From: Candidatus Brocadiia bacterium
Lineage (GTDB): Bacteria > Planctomycetota > Brocadiia > CAIUPP01
Direction: 5' to 3'
DNA length: 64,000 nt
Assembly: GCA_050015075.1 (NCBI GenBank)
Contig: JBEKCB010000004.1
Coordinates: 154,476-218,475 of the forward strand
This document shows, in pieces, positions 57,104 through 64,000 of this stretch (its first letter is position 1; each line of letters starts with the position of its first letter). The notes under the pieces were generated by a model. It had not been told where the DNA came from. It did no database searches and saw only the letters and a list, made by a program, of their open reading frames with translations. The translations under genes and the position numbers were made by a program.

Positions 57104-59107
57104 TCAGCCCGACGGCGCGAACGTGCTCGAGCCGCACTTCTCGCACCGGCGCAGTTCGGCCGTCCGGGCCAGGTAGCTCATCACGCACTCGACGAACGTC
57201 GAGTGGCTCCACGTCAGCGGAGAGACGCTCAGCGGCACGCCGGTCTCCGGATGGATCTGCTCCGCGAGCACGCCCGACGGCAGCGCGTGCTCCGCCGTCC
57301 AGAGCAGCAGCGGCAGCGCCTCCGCCGCCAGTTGCGCCTCGGACCGGGCCAGCCGGATCCGGTGGAGCGCGTCCCAGAGCGTGCAGAGGAACCACGGGTT
57401 CCCGGCGCCGCGCGTGGCCGGACACGGGACGCGGAAATACGGGTCGTTCTCGTACCGCGCCATTCCGCCGACGGTGCTCTTCATGGTCAGCTTCTCTCGA
57501 AGGTGCCGCGCGGTCTCCAGCACGCGCGGATCGTCCGGCGGATACGCGCCGAAGGCCCAGAGCCCCATGGTCGAGGAATCGGCCGAGTCGTCCGGCTTGA
57601 ACTGCGAATCCTGCGGAAGGAGCGAACGGAGGAACCGCTTGCCGTCCGGCGTGCAGAGATGCTCGTCCATGCCTTTGCGCAACTGCGCGAGGGCCTCGGC
57701 ATACTCGCGCGCCTTCTCCTCCTGCCCGAACATCCGCGCGCAGTTCATCGCGGCCGAAAGTCCGCCGTACACCGCCCCGCACGTGAAGGCATGGATTCCC
57801 GCGCGCTCTTCCCACAAGTCCCACGAAGGCAACGGCAGGCCGGTCTTCGGGTCGCGATACTTGACGAAGAAGTCGGCGATCCGGATGACGAGCGGCCGAT
57901 AGAACGGCGTGAGGAACTCGATGTCGCGGAACTTCAGGTAATGCTGCCACAGCGACCAGAGCACCAGCGCGGATTCGTCCTCCTGGATCGGCAGCAGGCC
58001 CGCGCCGTTGACCCACGGCAGCCAGGAACTCGCCACGGTGCCGTCCGGGTTGTACTTGTGCATCAGGTAGCCGGCCGGCCGGACGCCCTTCGCGCAGAAC
58101 TGGAAGAACTTCTCCGAGATCTCTCCGTAGCCGGCCATGTCGAGGGCGCGGCAGACCAGCGCGCCGTCGCGCGGCCAGCAATAGCTGTACGTGTCGCGCG
58201 AATAGTGCAGGAAGTCCGAGTCGTTCGCCGCCACGATCGCGCCGTGGTTATCCACCTGCGTCCGCAGGATCAGCAGGCTGCGCTTGAAGAGCCGCGCGAC
58301 CGGCTCGGGCAGCAGCTCGAGGTTCCACTTCTCCTTGTTCACCCAGCAACGCCAGTAGTCGCGCGTCCTTCGGATAAAGGAATCCGGCGTGCGCGAGAGG
58401 ATGACCTTGTCGAGCTTCAGGATCGAGTCGTAATCCTTGGCCGCCACGATCCAGTAATGCACGGAGGCTTCGCCGTTGCCGGCGAGTTTCAGTTCGATCT
58501 CGATGACGGAGTCCACGCTGCCCTGCGTAATCGGGTTGCGGCTGAGGACTCCGTCCTCGGCGTCGCGGAAAGTGCCCTCGAATCCGGGCTGGTCCTTGGC
58601 GCCGGTCGCGAAGGAGTTGATGCCGCAACTGTCCGGCCCGCAGCAGTTGCAGAGGAAGTAGCGGTCGCGCTTGTAGTGGATCATCGCGCGCGTCGCCGGA
58701 TCGAAATACGCCGTGTCGCCGACGTCGTTGCCGAGGATGTTGAAGTTCTGGTGGAAGTACAGCCGCGCCACGCGGGCCATCGGCGAGAGGTTCCGCACGG
58801 TGACGTGCCGCAGGTAAAGGTTGAGGTGGAAATCCACCGTGTCCGCGCAGTCCATCTCGATCTGCATCGCGGCATTGCGCAGGCGCACCTGCGTGACCAG
58901 CGTCTCCTCTTCGTAGGAGATCGAGCGCGTCCAGCCGTCGTCGTGGACCCAGCTCAGCTTCCCGTCAACCCAGATGCCGAAGTGAAACGGCCGCGCTCCG
59001 GCGTGGTTCTCCTGGCCGACATGAGGGAAATAGAAATCGCGGATCCGGTAGAAACTGTCGAACGTGACGAGCATTTCGCCGTTGCCGACGGGAATATCGC
59101 GCGGCAT
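57104..59107 (-). CDS. Glycoside hydrolase family 15 (glucoamylase-like)
   Basis: YSYCWPRDG, IQEDE, DLWEER, LAEQI, SPLTWSH; AGGAGGAG RBS. Confidence 0.9.
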   Translation of the reverse strand: MPRDIPVGNGEMLVTFDSFYRIRDFYFPHVGQENHAGARPFHFGIWVDGKLSWVHDDGWTRSISYEEETLVTQVRLRNAAMQIEMDCADTVDFHLNLYLRHVTVRNLSPMARVARLYFHQNFNILGNDVGDTAYFDPATRAMIHYKRDRYFLCNCCGPDSCGINSFATGAKDQPGFEGTFRDAEDGVLSRNPITQGSVDSVIEIELKLAGNGEASVHYWIVAAKDYDSILKLDKVILSRTPDSFIRRTRDYWRCWVNKEKWNLELLPEPVARLFKRSLLILRTQVDNHGAIVAANDSDFLHYSRDTYSYCWPRDGALVCRALDMAGYGEISEKFFQFCAKGVRPAGYLMHKYNPDGTVASSWLPWVNGAGLLPIQEDESALVLWSLWQHYLKFRDIEFLTPFYRPLVIRIADFFVKYRDPKTGLPLPSWDLWEERAGIHAFTCGAVYGGLSAAMNCARMFGQEEKAREYAEALAQLRKGMDEHLCTPDGKRFLRSLLPQDSQFKPDDSADSSTMGLWAFGAYPPDDPRVLETARHLREKLTMKSTVGGMARYENDPYFRVPCPATRGAGNPWFLCTLWDALHRIRLARSEAQLAAEALPLLLWTAEHALPSGVLAEQIHPETGVPLSVSPLTWSHSTFVECVMSYLARTAELRRCEKCGSSTFAPSG

Positions 59108-59311
59108 CGGGCTCCTCCTTCGCCTCCGGACCCCATTTCCGCCCTCAATATCCCTTACCACGCTCCGGCGGGCAATGCAACTCGGATTTCACGACGGCGC
59201 GAGCCGCCGAAGCGCGCATTTTGCTTTTCTTTGCCGCGGCGAGGACTTATACTGGAAAGTGGAAACCGCTGTGGCGAAATGCAGTGAGACGCTTTTTCGG
59301 AGAATAGCCGC

Positions 59312-59944
59312 ATGTCCGGTCTATACCTCGCGTGCCTGAGCCTGGCGAAGCGCGACGTGCTCGTCGCCGGCGGCGGGTCGGTCGCGCAACGAAAGGTCGC
59401 GGGGCTGCTGCGCGCCGGCGCGCAAGTGACCGTCGTTGCGCCGCGGGTCTGTCTCGGACTGGCCCGACTCAGGACAAGACTGAAGATCCGCCGACGCGCC
59501 TACCGCACGAGCGATCTCAGGAACCGGTGGCTGGTCGTCGCCGCGACCGCCGATCCGGACGTGAACCGGAAGATCTTCGAGGACGCCTCGCGCGCGCGAG
59601 TTTTCTGCAACGTGGTGGACCAGCCGGAACTCTGTACCTTCCAGGTCCCGGCGGTCGTCCGCCGCGGCCGCCTGCAGATCGGCATCTCCACCGATGGCGC
59701 CAGCCCGGCGCTGGCTCGCAACATCCGTCGCCAACTCGAAAAGGAATACGGCCGCCGGTACGCTCAACTCCTCGATGCGCTGCACGGACTCCGCAGGCAC
59801 TTCAGGCAGAAGTACCCCGACGACCGCGCGCGCCGCAGGAAGTTGCTCGAATCGTTCCTGGAATCCTCCGCGCCGGCGCTGCTGTTGAAGCACGCCGCGC
59901 CCGGAGAATTCCGCCGCGAGGTGGAACGGTGGAAATCGCTGTAG
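59312..59944 (+). CDS. Precorrin-2 dehydrogenase/sirohydrochlorin ferrochelatase (CysG N-terminal/SirC)
   Basis: VAGGGSVAQRK, VVAAT, NVVDQPELC.F, ISTDGASPALA. Confidence 0.9.
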   Translation: MSGLYLACLSLAKRDVLVAGGGSVAQRKVAGLLRAGAQVTVVAPRVCLGLARLRTRLKIRRRAYRTSDLRNRWLVVAATADPDVNRKIFEDASRARVFCNVVDQPELCTFQVPAVVRRGRLQIGISTDGASPALARNIRRQLEKEYGRRYAQLLDALHGLRRHFRQKYPDDRARRRKLLESFLESSAPALLLKHAAPGEFRREVERWKSL

Positions 59945-60097
59945 AGTCTGTTTCATAAATGGCACGAGGAATGCACTGATCGTCCTCGTCGTCGTCCTCG
60001 TCCTCAGCCGTTCAGCGCCGCAGTTCGAGGACGAGGACGATTGACAGCGGGCAGCACTCGCAGTTCCTGTGCAGTTGCAGAAAGGGGGCGCTGTGTC

Positions 60098-60457
60098 ATG
60101 CCGATCAAGATCAAGCGCGCGTACGAATCGCCTTCGAAAAGCGACGGCGCGCGGATTCTAATTGACGGCTTATGGCCGCGCGGCGTGACGAAGGAGAAAG
60201 CTGAAATCGCCGAGTGGATGAAGGAGATCGCCGTCAGCGCGGCGCTAAGGAAGTGGTTCTCGCACGATCCGGCGAAGTGGCCGGAGTTCAAAAAGCGGTA
60301 CCGGGCCGAACTCGCGGGCAAGCCCGCCGCGATCGCGCGGTTGCGCGAGAGGGCGCGGAAGGGGACGCTGACCATCGTCTACGGGGCGAAGGACGAGGCG
60401 CATAATAACGCCGTCGTCCTGAAGGAATTTCTGGAAGCTCGGGGCGGCAAGCCGTGA
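60098..60457 (+). CDS. DUF488 (YeaO-like) protein
   Basis: IKRAYE, DGARILIDGLWPRG, LRKWFSHDP, HNNAVVL. Confidence 0.9.
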   Translation: MPIKIKRAYESPSKSDGARILIDGLWPRGVTKEKAEIAEWMKEIAVSAALRKWFSHDPAKWPEFKKRYRAELAGKPAAIARLRERARKGTLTIVYGAKDEAHNNAVVLKEFLEARGGKP

Positions 60458-60579
60458 ATTTCAGACCGTGGATCGAAGCCCGGCAAGCTCACCATGACCC
60501 GCTCATCACACCGCTCCGAGTTCAAGCATCAGCACGAGGATGACGACGATCACGAGGTGCCTGACCGGCCTGCGCAGGC

Positions 60580-61554
60580 TCATTCGGTGATCCATCGGAT
60601 GAGTTCCTCGGCGAAGTAGGTGATGATCGCGTCCGCGCCGGCGCGGTGGATGCAGAGGGCGGCTTCGAGCGCGGCGGCCTTCTCGTCGAGCGCCGACGCG
60701 GCGCCGGCGAATTTCAGCATTGCGTACTCGCCGCTGACCTGGTATGCCGCCACCGGGCGGCGCGTCGCGGTCCGCAGCTCGGCCAGCACGTCGAGGTAAG
60801 GCATCGCCGGCTTCACCATCAGCCAGTCCGCCCCTTCCGCCTCGTCCATCAGCGCGTCGCGGATCGCCTCGCGCCGGTTGGCCGGCGGCAACTGGTACGA
60901 GCGCCGGTCGCCGAAAGCCGGAGCGCTGTGCGCCGCCTCGCGGAACGGGCCATAGAAGCTCGAGGCGAACTTCGCGGCGTAGCTCATGATGGCGGTGTGG
61001 TGGAACCCGCCTGCGTCGAGCGCGTCGCGGATCGCGCGGACCTGGCCGTCGGCCATCGCGGACGGCGCGACCATGTCGGCGCCGGCGGCGACGTGAGCTT
61101 TGGCCATGCCGGAGAGAACCTCCAGCGTCGCGTCGTTATCCACTTCGCCGCTCGCGGCGGTAAGAATCCCACAGTGGCCGTGGCTGGTGTAGCCGCAGAT
61201 GCAGATGTCGGTAATCACGATCAGGTCCGGCCGCTTCGCCTTCAGCGCGCGCACGGCGCCGGGGACCAGGCTGTCCTCGCGGACGGCCGAGGAGGCGCGC
61301 TCGTCCTTGTCGGCGGCATCGGGCACGCCGAAGATCATCACCGCGGGCGACCGGATCGCTTCAGCCCGGCGCAGGAGCAGGTCTGCCGAAATCCGCTCGA
61401 CTCCCGGCATCGCCGAGACCGCCTCGCGCCGGCGCTTGCCCGGCAGGATCAGCAACGGCAGGATGAAGTCCGCCGGCGTCAGCGCGGTCTCCTGCGCCAG
61501 GCGGCGGAGTCCCTCAGTGCGGCGGTTGCGGCGCATGCGCGTCCGTGGAAACAT
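60580..61554 (-). CDS. hemB: Porphobilinogen synthase
   Basis: DICICGYTSHGHCG, APSAMADG, SSFYGPFREA, MVKP, YQVSGEY. Confidence 0.96.
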   Translation of the reverse strand: MFPRTRMRRNRRTEGLRRLAQETALTPADFILPLLILPGKRRREAVSAMPGVERISADLLLRRAEAIRSPAVMIFGVPDAADKDERASSAVREDSLVPGAVRALKAKRPDLIVITDICICGYTSHGHCGILTAASGEVDNDATLEVLSGMAKAHVAAGADMVAPSAMADGQVRAIRDALDAGGFHHTAIMSYAAKFASSFYGPFREAAHSAPAFGDRRSYQLPPANRREAIRDALMDEAEGADWLMVKPAMPYLDVLAELRTATRRPVAAYQVSGEYAMLKFAGAASALDEKAAALEAALCIHRAGADAIITYFAEELIRWITE

Positions 61555-61776
61555 CGCGCCATCTCCTTCCGGTTTGTCCGGCGTTTCAGCCAACCCTCAT
61601 AATAGTATAAGCCGCGCGTGCGGTCCGAAACAACCGTTTGACACGGATATGCGCATTGCTTATCATCGTTTTGGGAGCACGATTCCGGCAAGCCGAGGCT
61701 TTTGGGCTGCTCGCCGGTTGTTCGGATATGGGGACAAGTCACGGCATTATGAACGCACGCAGGGGGTGAAGCGCTC

Positions 61777-62157
61777 GTGTTGTGGCCTATGCTGGTTTAC
61801 CTGGTGGCTGTGGTGCTGCTCGCCGCAGCTCTGATTGCCACGTCGTACGTCCTCGGCGAGCGGCATCGCGAGCGCTCGACCGATGAAGCCTACGAATCGG
61901 GAATCCCGCCGACCGGCTCCGCGCGTCTGCGCATCTCCGCGAAATTCTATCTCATGGCGATGTTCTTCGTCATCTTCGACCTCGGCGCCGCGTTCGTTTT
62001 CGCCTGGGCGATCGAGGTCCGCAGGCTCGGCTGGACCGGCTATGTCGGCCTCTTGATCTTCATCGCAACTCTCGTCAGCGGCTTGCTTTATCTCTCGCAA
62101 CAGGGCGCGCTGGACTGGGGCGTGCCGTCGTCGCGAGATCGCTCGGACCCAAAATAA
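61777..62157 (+). CDS. nuoA: NADH-quinone oxidoreductase subunit A
   Basis: [22 protein letters not shown]. Confidence 0.93.
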   Translation: MLWPMLVYLVAVVLLAAALIATSYVLGERHRERSTDEAYESGIPPTGSARLRISAKFYLMAMFFVIFDLGAAFVFAWAIEVRRLGWTGYVGLLIFIATLVSGLLYLSQQGALDWGVPSSRDRSDPK

Positions 62158-62173
62158 AGGCAAGGCGATTCCG

Positions 62174-62812
62174 ATGCAGAGTCCTCCTGACGCGCGTGGG
62201 CCTTTTCCCGTAAAGCACGGCGGCGACGGCAGCGCCGATGAGGTCGTTCGGCAGAACGTGCTCCTGACGCGCTTGCAGGACATTGTCGCGTGGGGACGGA
62301 AATACTCGATCTGGCCGTTCAACTTCGGGCTGTCGTGCTGCTACGTCGAGATGGCGACCAGCCTGACGAGCCGCTACGACATCGCGCGCTTCGGGTCGGA
62401 GGTGATCCGCAGCACGCCGCGCGAGGCGGACTTGATGGTCGTCGCGGGCACCGTATTCATCAAAGTTGCGCCGGTCATCCGCCGGCTCTATGAACAGATG
62501 ATGGCGCCGCGGTGGGTCGTCTCGATGGGCTCGTGCGCCAACTCCGGCGGCATGTTCGACATCTACAGTGTCGTTCAGGGAGTGGACAAAATCCTGCCGG
62601 TGGACGTGTACGTGCCCGGCTGTCCGCCGAGCCCGGTGGCGCTCATGGAGGGGCTGCTGCTCATGTCGAAGGCCATGGGCCGGGAGAAGCGCCCGTTGAG
62701 TTGGGTGGCCGGCGCGCAAGGGGTGTATCGTCCCGCGCCGATTTCGCAGCGCGACCTGAAGCGCCCCGAGCGACAACGCGCGACCGGACTGCGATCTCCG
62801 GATGAGGTCTGA
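62174..62812 (+). CDS. nuoB: NADH-quinone oxidoreductase subunit B
   Basis: [27 protein letters not shown]. Confidence 0.95.
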   Translation: MQSPPDARGPFPVKHGGDGSADEVVRQNVLLTRLQDIVAWGRKYSIWPFNFGLSCCYVEMATSLTSRYDIARFGSEVIRSTPREADLMVVAGTVFIKVAPVIRRLYEQMMAPRWVVSMGSCANSGGMFDIYSVVQGVDKILPVDVYVPGCPPSPVALMEGLLLMSKAMGREKRPLSWVAGAQGVYRPAPISQRDLKRPERQRATGLRSPDEV

Positions 62813-62818
62813 ATTCTC

Positions 62819-64000
62819 ATGAACGCGGTTTCGGAAATCGTCCAGGAACTGCAGACCCGGCTCAGCGGAGTCCCGCTCGAGCCGCAGGCCACGCGCGACG
62901 GCATCCCGACCGTCTGGGCGCCGAAGGAGCGCCTGTGGGAGCTTCTGCGTTACCTCAAGACGGAGGCGCAACGGCCCTACCGGATGCTCTACGATCTCTC
63001 CGCTCTGGACGAGCGCGAGCGGACGCATCGGCAGGGACAGCCCGAGAGCGACTTCACCGTCATCTACCACCTGCTTTCCTTCGAGCGGAACGAGGACCTC
63101 CGCATCAAGGTCGCGCTCAAGGGGGAATCCCCGGCCGTCCGCACGGTGACGGACCTTTGGCCTGCTGCAAACTGGTACGAGCGCGAGGTTTGGGACATGT
63201 TCGGCATCGGCTTTCCCGGCCATCCCGACCTGCGCAGGATCCTGATGCCGGCCACCTGGCAGGGACACCCGCTTCGCAAGGAGCACCCCGCGCGCGCGAC
63301 CGAGATGGAGCCGTTCCGGTTGACCGACGACAAGCAGGCGGCGGAAGAGGAGGCGCTGAAGTTCCGGCCCGAGGAATGGGGCATGAAGCGCACCGGCGAG
63401 GACAGGGACTTCATGTTCTTGAACGTCGGCCCGCACCATCCCGGCACGCACGGACTCCTGCGCGTGGTCCTGCAGCTCGACGGCGAAGTGATCGTTGACG
63501 CCGTGCCGGACATCGGCTTCCATCACCGCGGCGCAGAGAAAATGGCCGAGCGGCAATCGTGGCACACCTTCATTCCGTACACCGACCGGATTGATTACCT
63601 CGGCGGCGTGATGAACAACCTGGCGTACGTGCTCGCCGTCGAGAAGCTCGCGGGCATCGAGGTCCCGGAGCGCGCGCAGGTGATCCGCGTGATGCTCTCG
63701 GAATTTTTCCGCGTGGCCAGCCACCTGGTCTGGTACGGGACGTTCGCCGCGGACGTGGGCGCCATGTCGCCGGTCTTTTACATGTTCAACGACCGCGAGC
63801 GCATTTTCGAAATCATCGGCGCGATCTGCGGCGGGCGCATGCACCCGAACTGGTTCCGCATCGGCGGTGTGGCGCAGGACCTGCCGAGAGGCTGGGACAA
63901 GCTCGTCCGGGATTTCCTCCAATACATGCCGCCGCGGCTGCTCGAGTACGACCGCATGGTGATGCGCAATCCGGTCTTCAAGGCGCGCACGGTGGGCATC
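62819..64000 (+). CDS. nuoC: Fused NADH-quinone oxidoreductase subunit C/D (partial, runs off the window end)
   Basis: Manual translation from ATG 62819: [20 protein letters not shown], then in the same frame [26 protein letters not shown]. Confidence 0.93.
   Translation, partial: MNAVSEIVQELQTRLSGVPLEPQATRDGIPTVWAPKERLWELLRYLKTEAQRPYRMLYDLSALDERERTHRQGQPESDFTVIYHLLSFERNEDLRIKVALKGESPAVRTVTDLWPAANWYEREVWDMFGIGFPGHPDLRRILMPATWQGHPLRKEHPARATEMEPFRLTDDKQAAEEEALKFRPEEWGMKRTGEDRDFMFLNVGPHHPGTHGLLRVVLQLDGEVIVDAVPDIGFHHRGAEKMAERQSWHTFIPYTDRIDYLGGVMNNLAYVLAVEKLAGIEVPERAQVIRVMLSEFFRVASHLVWYGTFAADVGAMSPVFYMFNDRERIFEIIGAICGGRMHPNWFRIGGVAQDLPRGWDKLVRDFLQYMPPRLLEYDRMVMRNPVFKARTVGI

Overview
High-GC bacterial chromosomal segment, probably from an anaerobic PVC-superphylum organism such as a planctomycete (inferred from a prepilin/DUF1559-type gene and the abundant intergenic palindromes). 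It holds: the start of a HydABC/NuoEFG-like flavin Fe-S oxidoreductase operon; housekeeping genes (radA, guaA, lnt, dat, serA, icd, hemB, sirC/cysG-N, lemA-htpX, nuoA-B-CD, tRNA-Thr(CGT)); several carbohydrate-active genes; a group 3b [NiFe]-hydrogenase operon behind a two-component system; and an archaeal/haloarchaeal-style mevalonate cluster (mvk, phosphomevalonate decarboxylase-like, isopentenyl phosphate kinase, HMG-CoA synthase, thiolase, DUF35). The most unusual signals are: (1) an orphan, promoter- and terminator-bounded, highly structured ~285-nt RNA at 42590-42872 with 17 nt complementary to the 16S rRNA 3' end and a 10-codon ORF; (2) several families of REP/MITE-like palindromes, some nested, some inserted in-frame inside lnt and icd or supplying stop codons; (3) an apparently circularly permuted acyl-carrier-like protein. 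No CRISPR, rRNA, integrase or transposase was seen. All calls are from reading motifs by eye; no database searches were run.
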